DNA of 50,920 bases, taken from contig CAJVPI010000129.1 in assembly GCA_910592345.1 (NCBI GenBank), positions 1 through 50,920 of the forward strand, given 5' to 3'. Shown piece by piece: positions 1 to 16,886 of the stretch. The stretch comes from Paraglomus brasilianum. Taxonomy: Eukaryota. Every line of letters begins with the position of its first letter. Within the stretch, counting starts at the first letter, position 1. A model generated the notes under the pieces. It was given only the letters and a program-made list of their open reading frames with translations. It ran no database searches and was not told the origin of the DNA. A program made the translations under genes and the position numbers.

Positions 1-884
1 GCAGAACAACAGAGAAAATTGGTAGATGAGCATTTTATAACAAGAGGTAAAGCTGATTATTGTAGTGTTGACGCTACGGCTCATTACGGTTACGATTGAG
101 CGCAAAATGTTCACGTGCCCCATTCCGATCAACAGGTAAGTAAGATTTATTATCTCAGTCCGCATAAAGTGCATTCGTTTGGTATTCAAGATGAAGCGGT
201 ACGCGAACAAATTAATTACGTTCTTGATAAAGGCGAAATTATCGGCAAAGGTCCTAATGGCAACTGAGCATGGTATTCGATGGGATTAAGAGATTGAATA
301 AAGGTGCCTACCATTTGATTTACCTGTATTTAGTAATTTGCGGTTATTATAAAACTATCGAATTAAATTTTATGGTACTAGTACCTGGACATACCAAATT
401 CAAGTGTGATGGAAGTTTTGGATTGATTAAAAAATTATACCGAAAGACGACAGTAGATTGCGTAGATCATATTGTTGAGGTTGTGAAAAGATCGAATACA
501 GCGGGATTAAACAAAGCTCAGCGTTATGACAACGGAAAAGGTTTTCAATACTTAGATCTTAACTCTGTGTTGGGAATTTTCTTTAAAAAATTGAGTTGTT
601 TGCAAAAATAACAGCATTTTCTCTTTGAAACAGGTCGACCTGGAATTGTCAAAGCCCAGCTGGTTGCTAATGGTGCTTATACAGAATTCGATTTATTAAA
701 AACCAGAAAAGCAAGTGTTTCCGAAATTACCAAAGAAATCAAATCCTTTTCCATCCTAGTCGTAATCCCTTCTCCTTTGGATTACAAAAGACAAGAATAT
801 CTTTATCATAATATTCGCCCATTCATTAGAGACAAATTCAAAGATATTACTTGTCCAAGACCAACATATACTGGCAATGAATAA
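1..884 (+). pseudogene. DUF7869/Sola-like DDE-transposase-related remnant, intronless and 5'-truncated by the window
   Basis: Frame 1 reads ...AHYGYD*AQNVHVPHSDQQ...KVHSFGIQDE...NYVLDKGEIIGKGPNG with TGA at 97-99. After a frameshift near 262-268 it continues ...IELNFM..VPGHTKFKCDGSFGLIKK..., passes an in-frame TAA at 609-611, and ends QHFLF...RQEYLYHNIRPFIRDKFKDITCPRP at stop 882-884. These motifs match the family as I recall it. The expected DNxxGQNKN segment appears deleted. Confidence 0.7.
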
Positions 885-972
885 ATTATTAAAATAATTA
901 TATACCTAATATTTCCTCACAAAGAGGATATAAGTATCATTAAAAGAGTAAATAAAATATAAAAAAAAAAGT

Positions 973-1629
973 ATGGTAAACATCATAAACGAACTCGAAC
1001 AGAGAAATAAAAACCTATTAGAAGAAAACGAAGTATTAAAGAAACAACTAGTTGATAAAGATGAAAACTTCAAACTAAAAATTTATAATACCGTTTACAA
1101 TACTATGGAAAATAAAAGTCCAGAAATTCTGGCACTTTAATGACCTTAAAACAACATTTTTGGTCTTGAGATGAGTGGATAAAAGTTCAAAAGAAAATGG
1201 AGTTGAGAAAGTTAATTTTGGCAATGAATTTACCCTTGAAAACATTGTTAAAGGTTTTACAGAGTAAACCTGACATGTTCATTTTATTTATGACAAGAAT
1301 AAAAAACTTGAAGAAAAGGATGTTATTTTAGAAGCAAAGGTTGTAGAATTAGAGAAAGAAAATACTGAGTTAGATAAACTAACCAAGAGTTGGAAGAAGC
1401 ATTAGAATTAGAGGAGGAAACATCTGAATGTCATTTAGAGACTCTTGAAGTAGCTAAACAGTGGAGAATATGACAAAGCAAGGAAAAAGATGATAACCTA
1501 AAAAAAGTTTGAAAATACTGTGGTATGGAAAAATTATTTAGCAGCAAGCAACTCCAAGAACTACCATCTTTACCAAAGAAAGTAAGAAAATTTAAGCAGG
1601 CAAAGGCAATAACTCGAGAAAAATTCATA
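973..1629 (+). pseudogene. Intronless coiled-coil ORF 'B', copy 1, Mollicutes-endobacterium-like and decayed
   Basis: MVNIINELEQRNKNLLEENEVLKKQLVDKDENFKLKIYNTVYN...DEWIK...VNFGNEFTLENIVKGF...LEVAKQWRI*Q...QELPSLPKKVRKFKQ, with several frameshifts and stops. It is clearly homologous to 28903-28190 (-). Confidence 0.65.
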
Positions 1630-1631
1630 AT

Positions 1632-1813
1632 CCTATATTAATCTTCAGATAGTAATAGAAGTTTGCTACATAAATTTGTGTACAAGTTATTGTTGTGATA
1701 ATAAAATGCTTTTAGTTACATTAGTCAACTTTCAGCCACATCAGCCTCTCATTTATGTCACATAATAAAAATGTTCACTTTGTCTGGTTTTGTTGCAGTA
1801 TGCCCCATATTAA
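1632..1813 (-). repeat. Non-coding module 'X', copy 1
   Basis: The reverse complement TTAATATGGGGCATACTGCAACAAAACCAGACAAAGTGAACATTTTTATTATGTGACATAAATGAGAGGCTGATGTGGCTG...TATGTAGCAAACTTCTATTACTATCTGAAGATTAATATAGG matches 29058-29274 and 27704-27862. Confidence 0.85.
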
Positions 1814-1984
1814 TATACGCGCATGTAGAGGCAAGCATGCCACATATAATTGAAAGACAAGCTTGCAAGATAAAAATTTTAATTTTCGGGATGTACTGTA
1901 ACATTCTAATTCCATATATTGCAGACAATGTGATACAAACTATGCATAGATGTTGAATCGTTGTCTACTGCGTTTTTAAATTAA

Positions 1985-2157
1985 TGCTCTGACCCATGGG
2001 CACCCGTTTCAAGATGTCACATATTTTTTCGACGTTATCACATAGATCATGTAGTTTTAGTTTATTGGTGCAAGAAAAGCAACAGCTCGTTCCAACAATG
2101 TTTCAATATCTGGTCATTCTAATGTGAAAATTCCGAAACGGGTCAAATCTCAGAGCA
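1985..2157. mobile_element. Small MITE-like element flanked by TTAA
   Basis: Left end: TTAA|TGCTCTGA-cccatgggc-ACCCGTTTC. Right end (reverse complement): TTAA|TGCTCTGA-gatttg-ACCCGTTTC. TTAA lies at 1981-1984 and 2158-2161. Confidence 0.6.
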
Positions 2158-3136
2158 TTAATATGATATATTAACAGAAATTTTGGTAAGACACTTTTTT
2201 TTGACATCATTACGTTTCGATGACATGGTATAAGCCCTAGTCTCCGGGTAATGTCTTTTTCACCACGAATATAAAGTTGTCCATCCCGAAAACAAGGCAG
2301 TTTATTGATGCGCGTTATCATGCAACGCGTTAGAAATAATAATCCACCTTATTTACGTAACCATTAGGTAGGCCTCGAAACACCCGTTCAACACTAAATG
2401 ACCCTGAATAACATTACATTTTACTCAGCCCACGACCCGATTAAGTTAGAACTGTCGAAGTAGATAACTAATCGAAACATCGGAATGGAATCGAAAAGCA
2501 GAAGTTGAAAGTAATGACGTTATTGTAAGACTTGATGATGTGGTGAATGTACATCCAGCAAAAACAATTCAGGAAGCTTTACTTAGTCTTAAAAGCAGAT
2601 TGTCAGATATGCATGGTATATAGAATGCTCTTAATCTGAAAATATTTTCTGCGTCAAATATCAATGGTTTATGACATCTCACGTTCCCAGGCACGCAACA
2701 CACAGTAAAAACGGAGGCTATGCTTCCAACCCTTTTCTTAGGTAAATCGAACCGCGACATGTGGATATCATGTTGATCGCCTTTAATATCGAATTTTGTA
2801 GTGGGCAGACCGATCTTTGTAAATTTATTGGTTGGCACAGTGTAGTCCGGCCAATATCTCTATTCTGATTTCCTTTCGAATATAATGCATTTTGCTCTGG
2901 AAGTCAACCTTATTTGCAATGATGTGGGCAATTTAGCAAGGAACATGGTTATTATTCGATGGCTGTCCACCTATATAGGAGTGCATCGCTGTGGGAGTTT
3001 CCGTTGGATCTATTCCTGTTACGTTATTATTCCGGCCGGCGTGCCCCATGATTGACATGTGTAACAATCAATAGATATTAATACCTCAACGTAACAATAC
3101 AACGGAGACAACAACTATCATACTTTTTCTTTTGTC

Positions 3137-3829
3137 ATGATGGGGTGAGTATTTAAATATTCATATGGCAAGAGGGGGAAGGGATACAGCAGGCAGGTTC
3201 CACCATTCAACGCAAACACGAATGCGGAAATTTGGAAGGTAACCTCGTTCAATTATTTCAGTCGACTGTGGGGACTTGCACCACCTAAAGATACAAACCT
3301 CGATCCTCCGAAAGATACTCCTTTCACTCCGGAGCAACTTTCTCAGGCAGGTGTACCTTGACATATCTTATCGCGCTGGTCTGTCCAGATGTTAATGTGT
3401 TTACTTTTTGTGAATAACAGTATAATGGCTCAGACGCCGATGCATCGATTTATGTTGCGGTGAAGGGAACGGTATTCGATGTGTCTTCCAAGCGCGAATT
3501 GTACGGCCCCGGAGGCGCTTACAGTGTTTTTGCTGGAAAGGATGCATCTAGGGTAAATGCGACCGGTGCTTACTTGAAAAGAGAATGTTCGATCTATGTC
3601 TATTAACAATGATACACAATTTAGGCCCTGGGCAAGAGCTCGACGGACCCTCAAGATGTTGTTGCTGATTTTAGTACATTGGACGAAGCTCAAGTAAGTC
3701 ATCTTGTAGCCCTGTAAATTCGCATCCGAATCATATGCCAACATTCGTTTGTAATAATAGCTAGAAGTCCTTGACAAGTGGTACACTTTCTTTGCGGAAA
3801 GATATAATATTGTCGGAAAGGTTGTGTAA
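3137..3829 (+). CDS. Small cytochrome b5-like heme/steroid-binding protein (MAPR family), 5 exons
   Basis: Exons 3137-3144, 3262-3346, 3421-3552, 3625-3693 and 3761-3829 give MMGRLWGLAPPKDTNLDPPKDTPFTPEQLSQ/YNGSDADASIYVAVKGTVFDVSSKRELYGPGGAYSVFAGKDASR/ALGKSS.../LEVLDKWYTFFAERYNIVGKVV*. The YGPGGxYxxFAGKDASR motif is the family hallmark. The ORF track misses this gene. Confidence 0.92.
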
Positions 3830-4062
3830 TATCAGCAATCTGCAGCAGATTTATTGCGGAAAATGTAATAAAAATACCAGTATTCAATTAATCTTTGCCT
3901 CTGGCAGTTAATACCAGGTGCTAAATTGTAAGAAAGTATCAGAATATTGCATACATAGTGGATGAAAAGGTGCGAGTCAACTGAGTGAGGGTAAAAAGCA
4001 AGGCTAGTGTCTGAAATATTTGCTGATGCAACGCTATTATTATGTATCGAATCTACTTGATG

Positions 4063-7000
4063 TCAATATTTAATCTCTATGTCGCCTTCAGCTGGTGCAT
4101 CTAAATCAACGTATGACTTCACCTGGCGCGGGTCAAAACTCATGTTCGCATCGCTATAATACATAATTAAACATAAGATTCTTATCATCGTTTAAATAGA
4201 AAATGTTGCGTAGTTATTTATATATGCTTACTTGAGCCTAGAGCGAGAGGGTGGCAGTTTTTTTCCGGGAGATCTTCTCCCTCCACTCCTGTCACGCATA
4301 TCGCCCCTGTCGTCGAATCCTATACGTGGAATTTGATCATGTGGTGTTCCTGCTGCAGCTCCCATGAGAGGGAAATTGAAGCCAAGGAACGGCGGCGGCG
4401 GTCCATTGGGTATAACTGGGAATGGATTAGGTGGTACGGGAGGATTATTCTGCGGTACCAATAAACCAGCTGTCGGATTTGGGGGTGTTGTTGGAAGAAG
4501 ATGATTCGGATCAAGCACATAATTATTAAAGAATGCACACTGTCCATTTTTAAATGTATTAGAACATGCTGTGACTGAACCTAAACGATGCAATAAACAG
4601 ATTACTTACATCATTTCTAACTTCTTCCAGTTTGTCGTTGTGCTTGAGATTGATATGCTTCCGTACGAATTCTTGACCTTTGAATAGTTTACCACATAAT
4701 TTACAGCGAAATTTAACTCCTGGTTCCATTTCTGCAGTATTGTCTCGTACGAGATTATCTATCTCACTATTCAAAAGTATAGACATTAGCATAAAGAAAA
4801 CGTAGAATCGTAAACTGTCTATTAAAGTACATACGTTTCCATCTTCTTTCCTCCAAGAGCTCCGATTTTTTCTAGGAACTCTTGGGGATGTAGTTTTAAA
4901 TCAATTTTGTTGTCGAGTGTTTTAATCCATTGTGCTGCTGTTAGGATTGGGAACGGGTCAGCTTGCGGACTGATTTTGTATAACATCGGGAGTTAATTAT
5001 GTAACATACCGCTGTTGGATTTTTCTTTCGGATTTTTTGAAGGGGCTTTCGTTTCATTAGTTACAGCGGACTTCCTCAAATGACGGCCAGGACATTTTCT
5101 AGTGAATTCTTCCACTGAATCAGAATCGCTACCACAATAATAACAGAATAAATGAGTTCGACGTAGGTATTCCATGTGAAGATCCAAAGATTTCTTAATC
5201 TGTTTAGATATATCGCAACAATGTGAGCAATTGCAATCGGGTATTTGTCGACAAGGATAATAAGTATATTACATACTCGCGTATTTTCATCATCTACATT
5301 TTCTGTAAGTCGTTCGAGTCTATCTTTAATCTTTTCTTTGGCACCAACGATACCAAGGTCATTGTCTAGTTTGCTTATAAGCTCCTCTATACGTTCAAGA
5401 TCTTTCTTTAACCTCTCGGGCGTGGTAGCTGTTTCGGGAGCAATCCGATTGCGAACAGGACCACTGTGACTCTTATGTCGAGCAAGATAGAAAATAAAAT
5501 CATCGATCTAAAATAGAGTACAGCTATGTTAGTAATAGGGGCTATGTATCGTTCAGACAAAAAAAATACCCACCTTTTGTTCATTAAGCTGTTTAAACGC
5601 CTCATCCATGTCTGTCTCCTCTGTAAAGACAATCCAACCTAACCTGTGAAACTTCTTTTGAGGATTTGGCTCTGAGAGTGCGAGGTATTTAAAACCTTCG
5701 ACCCGCTCGCACATCTACAACCAAAAATTAAAAATGTTTAAATCGCACGTGCCGTTAACAAACATGACAAAGAGTCGTTCGCATACCTCAATAATTTTGG
5801 ATCGGGAGATTGTTGGAGGCACACTTTTGATAAAAAGTCGGTTACTCTCCTCCTCTTGCTCATTTTTCTGCTCTGATACACTCTCTAGCAAATACACAAT
5901 GAAAGTTAATGACTGTACAAAGAGAATCGCAGGTAAATAGGTCATCGCGGTGTTGCAAAACAGGCCGCGTATATACTGTTATACCTTCTAATTTTACTTC
6001 CACTGATTCGACTGTGTCATTTGATATGTCATCAAATTTTCCTTCATCCAGTTCCTCAACAAATTTCTCAAACAACTTCTTTTTCAACTCATTGGCTTCA
6101 TCAATACGTGGTTTTAAATGTTTGGGTTCATATTTTTCAAGGAACCACTCTTCTTCTTTGTGAGTTTCAAAGAATGTACGCAACTGCCGGAAACCAAATT
6201 CCTCCTTATATGTACTATATTTTCTATGAAGTTCTTCGTCATCATACCGGGTATTTGGGTTTTTATACATGAGATAATCGACGAAGTATTTGTATGTGAC
6301 AAGAAAATCTAATTCTGCTGGATCTTTCGGCGGTTCTTGCCTACAAGATAAATAAGTTATTCAAAATACGATGCAAGCAAGACGGGCTGGCACATTGATG
6401 TATATTAAATATATGCGCTTAGTACCTTCCCGGAGGGCCTGTCCAATCCATTGGCATCAATGGACCTCCTGGTGGCATAAGTTGAGGCGGCGGAACATTA
6501 AATCCTATAAAAGTCAAATCTTTAAATAAAGCATCATTATAATCTTGAAACAATAATCGCTTATTTTATATGAAAGTTACCCATAGGCATTACTGGATAT
6601 GGTGGCGGTGGATAACGCATTTCTGTTGGCTTTCCATATCTCGGTCCAGGTGCATATCCGTCTTTCTCGTAGTCGGGAATATAAAGATCTCCCCCAAGAG
6701 CACCTTCGGGCCTTCTCGGTGATAAAGATCGCCTTCTTTTAAATCGACGATCTAAGGTAGAATCAATATCAGCAAAGAACAATATAGCGATAATGAACAA
6801 CATAAACACCTCAGTAATTTTATTTTCGAGTTCCATTACCTCTATCTTCAGCAGGGGAATTACTATTTTCTCTTTTTCTTCGATCTCCAAATGCATCACG
6901 GTCACGATCCCGATCTCTATCATAGTCGCGATCGCGTAGTCGATCTCTATCGCGCTCTCTGTCTCTCTCTCTATCTTTATCCCTATCACGATCTCGGTCC

Positions 7001-7134
7001 CTATCGCGATCGCGGTCGCGGAAATCTCTTCTTTCAAGACTCGGACGACGCTCTCGTTTAAACGTCTTGTCGCGGTTGTGATGAGGAGTCCCCTCATCAT
7101 CAGAATAATCATTGGGACGACGTTTCGAATTCAT
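4063..7134 (-). CDS. SRRT: ARS2/SERRATE RNA effector protein, multi-exon
   Basis: N-terminal RD-rich low-complexity region, followed by YKEEF..RQLRTFFETHKEEEWFLEKY, an RRM (LFIKSVPPTISR), YLRRTHLFCYYCG, a C2H2 finger (KFRCKLCGKLFKGQEFVRKHINLKH), FFNNYVLDP and C-terminal DPRQVKSYVDLDAP..Y*. Stop is at 4063-4065. Confidence 0.92.
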
Positions 7135-7979
7135 GTTTAATATCTGGAGGACCTACGACATCTATGGATGAACGAGCGTAAGGACTACTTGCTGCAGAGT
7201 GAATGAACGATTTTCTGCACAATATCAGACGAATCCATACGTCAAAAAATGAAAATAATAGTGAGACAAGTGTTTGATCGTAAGCTCTGCTTGATATAAG
7301 CTTCTAAGGCACCTTTAAAGCCTTTTAATTTTGGCATTGAGATGTAGTGAAACTCCAAAGGCGAGAAAGAGGATACTATGGAGAGGTGCAAACGGGTTGA
7401 CTACATGGTAGGACGCGTTTCGTGATGTGCATAAATTATGGCATAAAATAGTGTTTTGACAATGGCTCTGGAGTTTTTTTTAGCAAGCAATCAAGATCGT
7501 AAAAGGGTATTTATAGAAGAGAATGTAGCGCAGATATGTTCTATACACCAGGTAGTTTCTTTCGTAAATATAAGAGATCGTTTTTGCTTAACTACTAAGG
7601 TTTCTTAACGATGTCTGAGAGCGGGACGAGCGTATGGTTAACGGTGATGATGAGAATGCAGAGTTGATTGACTCACCAGGTGTGTGTGTGTGTTGATAAA
7701 ACTCAACGGTATCCCAGATTGTTTCGATAATTGGGATTTTTGCTGCGTTTTATATCATACCCCTCCTATCGGATATCACATTTTGCAGTGTCAACCACGT
7801 GGGATCTAGGTTCTATTTCAGAGAAGGACAGATGACACAGCCCGATTACGACTAATTCAATAGCAACGTAATTCTATATCTGAACAATCTTCCTCACTCT
7901 GTCTCTCTCGTCGAAACACCCGGCCTGCTTCGTTTCTATGAACTTTTGTTAATAACACGTCTACCTGCAGAGAAGTACA

Positions 7980-12265
<4,286 letters not shown>

Positions 12266-15200
12266 GTTTATTATTGTTTTGTTTTTTTTCCATTCCTTTT
12301 TTTTTTCTCTTTTAAGTGAGGATTAGGACTCTGTGTATTTTTAGAGTAGAGTCATATGAGTGTTCTCTTTTATTCGTTACTCTTCTAATGATCAAAATTC
12401 TAGTTTTTCCGCCTGCAAATAATATATCAACCGTCACTTTTATTCTTGGAGTCACTGTATTTATTTTAACTTATTATTCGTGGAAATTAGAATGGGGAAG
12501 GAAGTCAGTTACTTTACCATGATCAATCACTAATTAAATGATTATAAACATAGTTAGTTACTGGATATAAAGTAAATGCCACGTTTATCAATCTCTACAT
12601 TGATCGTTTATTGTAAAGATTCGCAAATTCGTGAGCAAATAATGCTTGTAATCCAGGATCTAGGCTGCATTTTCAAACGGTTCGCCCAACATGGATAGCA
12701 AGTCTATGGATAGGACTTGTTCATACATACGAATTACAAAACTCGTGGGTCGCGACGTTAAGACCAAGTTGATAACTTACAGTTCAAAAGCAATTGCATG
12801 ATCTCCTCGCTGTCACCATTCATAGAACGCGTTGACCGTACATTAAGATCAGAACCAGATTTCTTTTTCCTGAAAAAAGGTTTGTTCATATCAGAGTAAG
12901 ATCGCAATTGGTATGAATATTTTAATTTTAGTTCACAACACTATAATGTTTATTTTTAGTCTCTGTTGCCCGGTTACGTAGTTGACGGTCATGCATGGAA
13001 AAACTATTCTCGGCTTGGGTTTATTGTTATACAGAAATTATTTATTCTCCCCCCCCTTTTTTTTCATCTCTGCAAAACTGATGGAGGGTAAAAAAATGAA
13101 ATGGACATTCGAGATAAGAATACGACCCATTTACAAATGCAGGTTGTTTATGAATCAACAACATCAAGCAGGTGTGCAATAACAAAAATCAATTAATAAT
13201 ACCCAAAGTTTGTTGGTTGATGGTTAAAATTAATGTTTACAGTATGACAACCGCATATAGATTCCCATTCACAATATGGGTTGACTATTTTGCGTAGATT
13301 ATACAACAATAATATCGCTTCAAGAAGCTACACAACTTTATTCATTTTAATTACTAATCAAAGTAGTGTAGATTGATAAGATAATAATAAATATCATGTA
13401 TCGACGGTTAAAGGCGTTTTCCGCCAGTAGCGTTTTATTCCCTCGAGTGACACAAACACTTGCAAGATGATCAATTACGAATATGGTGAAATAACATCCT
13501 ATTGAAGAAATTGTCATTTTTCGATTATCCAATAATAATCGACCACCTCCATGGAATTCAATTTATGAGAATCCCCACCCACTCCCTGCCCGCTAGATAG
13601 TTCGCTCTAAACCTGCTATGGGATAGAATAGTCAGTAGCACTTGTCTTTAAATGTCGTATAAAATCGGCTTTGTTAAACTAATTTCCGCCCATCCTTGGA
13701 TTTCATTCGTGTGTTGATGATTTTCAACAACAGACAAATAAATATTAATACTTGATTTACAACCAATCGCTCCATTTGAACTGAGATTGCGCCATGATAA
13801 ATGCCGGTTTTATGACGCCCTTGATCTGTTAAAACGTTTACTCATGCCAACTCACTTCCATTTCCATCAGAAAACTGTGTTACGAGAAACCAGCCACAAT
13901 GCGGGCGTGACCTGAGACATGCAGTATCAATCACAAATAAGCGCGTATTTGGGGCCTGTGAGCTGTGTGTTAGCCACAAGTAGGCTGACCATGTTGTGAG
14001 CTCGAGTAAAATAACAATATATCACGGCAAATATCACGCCAAAACGCATATTATCAAGGTTTCCTTTCAAGATCTGGCATCCACAAGCAATAACATGATA
14101 TGCGGGTTTTGCACTTTTGCAGGATGCATACAAAATGATATAGCTGTATGCGATGACAATCGATAAGATAATAAGGAGAAACTGGGAGAAAAAAAAAAAG
14201 AGTTATTCTACCAATTAACCCAATTCTGATCACAATCAAGATTGTCGCCTTGTTTATAAATCTTCATTTGGCAAGACAATGCAAAAGGAATATGCATAAT
14301 TTGCCTTCGTTCATTTATACTAATTTGCGCACGCTTGCATTTTGATGGCCAGTAGTGAAAAAAAAAAATAATAATTGCATGTCGATATTACATATTACAC
14401 CATGCAAGTGAGAACGCCTCATCTGCCCATTTGCCCCCAACTGACGCTAAGCGAGAGAGCAAACCTTAAAATTTTATTCCCATAGTGTAAGAAACATCCA
14501 GGCGAGAAGACGATCGCAATACATTTTTGACGTAGGACAACACTTGTTGCAGGTGATATGTATTTATTTGGTAGAGTGCACTTACGCCATATGTAAGAAT
14601 ATGTATGGCTGAAGTTACAAACCGGATGGGGAGAGGGTTTTGCCTCTAACAGCTATTGTTGTATTGTTTCGCCCAACCGATCTGCAAAAGTTGGCTCTTG
14701 TTACTCTATTTTTTTTTCCTAACCCTTTGTTGATGTCAGATAAACTGACAGAGTAACAGTCTCATAAGATGCAGGGGCTTATTGTGGAGAAGTGAGTGTG
14801 CAACCAATAAAGACTGCATGCAAAATGCGGAGAGACGAATTTTGACACCCATATACTAATATGTCATACTAAGCAATCCCTGTAGCAACATTTATAGAAA
14901 TATTGAATTTTCAAACAGGAACAAGTTGAGGCTCCTTTTTTTGTTTCCTTTGTCTTTCGATGTATAGCGTGTGTGATGATAAGGGTATGCAAAGTGATGC
15001 GAACGAGGGGTGGGGTGAGTTTTGTGTATGAAATGAGGGTTGTTGTATGAAAGGATGAAATGATGAAATTAGGGGTTGTGCCCGTAACCCTGTTTAATGT
15101 GTGTTCGAAATGTGGATAAGTGTTTCCTTTTTCATAAATGTATATCTGTTTTCTCGCTGCGGAGAGTATCGCGTGGTGGGAGCAAAATCGGATGAAACAG

Positions 15201-16730
15201 GTTGGATTTTTTTGATGTGATAAACATGTGCCGTTCATAATATTTATTTACTTGCTGATTAGATGAGCCAATGATCCCAAAAAAATACATATCAATTGCC
15301 CGTATTAAGCGATCGTTTGTTCTCACTTCCATTATAGCACCAATCACATTGACAAGAGACAATGTAAATAGACGTTGATGCTGGTAGATACAATGTCTAT
15401 AAATTATGCAAGGAATCAGTGTCTGTTCATCGCGTTATGTAATTAGATCGTTGGATGGGTTTATGCTTATACATGACAGAAATGGTCGCCACACTTGTTC
15501 TAAAGTGCGTTTGTCATTTCCATCCTCGCTGTTGCTTCCCCATTTGTTTGCATGTTCTTTACCGATCTTTGAAATTCTAAAGTGAGAAGGTTCCGCTTGG
15601 CAAGTGTTACAGCTGATAAAGTTAGATATAACCAATAAAGGCTTAAGTAGGAGGGCATATTTTATAATGATCTCTTGTATTAATAATTAGATATCAAATA
15701 TTAATATCACACAAACATACACACACATATATATAGACATATTCAGATATAAATAGATATATGTGTCAATAAGTAGAATACAACTTCTAGACGTGTTCTA
15801 AAAAAGAAAGCCTTAACAGTGGCGTAGTTGTCAATGATCGGTTATCTCCTCCCGGTTGAGGAATGTGATTGGTTTCGATTGCTCATTCCCGATAACCTTA
15901 GGAATAATGCTAACCGAGATGGTAGCAGGGTATGATTAATGATCGTAACACCAAACAAGTATTACACAATAAATTCACGCTATCTTTACTTGCCAGCCAG
16001 GATCTCTGTTAAAACTCCGATTATCTGTCATACGTGCTTAATTTCAAATTCACCATAAACAATGCTTTTTATGTTATGATCAATAAATAGGAATCCCGGT
16101 GGTAAAGAATCACGATTCTACAATACAGAGTGGGTTTTTGTTTCCCTTCACATGTTATACATTAGCTGCACAGATAAACAGACAGGAAGCAATCGGATGT
16201 TCCCGTAAGAATGTAATAATTATAGTAATTGCATAACCGAGGGAAATTTACAGAAAACGCACCATTGACATCAATTTACAAGAAAATCTAGTTATAGAAG
16301 TCAAAGACATGGAAGGCAGGACTATTATTATTCAGTGATTGCTGTTGGTCAAGTCTTGGGTTAATTAAATGTCCTTATGAAGAATCATTACATGATCGTC
16401 CAATCAGACGGTGAATGGTTTATTGCTCACGATTTCTATCGGAGATAAACACATCCCCTAATTATCGACGTCATTGTGTTTTAAGCTGATAAATGGTAAT
16501 TCATATTAAACCATATCTATTCGATCACGGGCTGTCATTGCCACATGGTACCTGGGCATGACGCATAACAGAAACAAGCTTTTTTCTCGAGGCGATTTAT
16601 TGGGAAACTGACCTTGTGGAGAAGGTGACGGGACGAGCGGCCACGACTTCTGATTAGTCGTGAGAAGATGGGGCATGGTGAGAGTGGGTCTTGGACGAAT
16701 CGGAACTTGTAATATATTGTTACCGCGATA

Positions 16731-16886
16731 TCATTATTTTCATTATTATCGTTATTATCGTTATTATTGCTATTATTGTTATTATTGTTATTATTGTTTT
16801 ATTGTTATTATTGTTATCGCTGCTCTGTTGTTTCTGTTGTTTCTGTTGTTTCTGTTGTTTCTGTTGTTTCTGTTGTTTCTGTTGTT
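16731..16886 (+). repeat. Compound 9-bp minisatellite
   Basis: Degenerate (TTATTATYG)n is followed by six perfect copies and one partial copy of CTGTTGTTT starting at 16825. Confidence 0.95.

Noticed and set aside
2103..3050. Short minus-strand ORFs upstream of the cytochrome-b5-like gene
   Set aside because: No recognisable motif or consistent splice model.
6561..7112. 183-aa overlapping ORF in ARS2, and other antisense ORFs over VTC4, ETP1 and the RhoGAP
   Set aside because: These are shadow frames of real exons or of the RD repeat.
14160..16500. Apparent cluster of GATAA motifs
   Set aside because: The count by eye (about a dozen in 2.4 kb) is close to chance for DNA this AT-rich.
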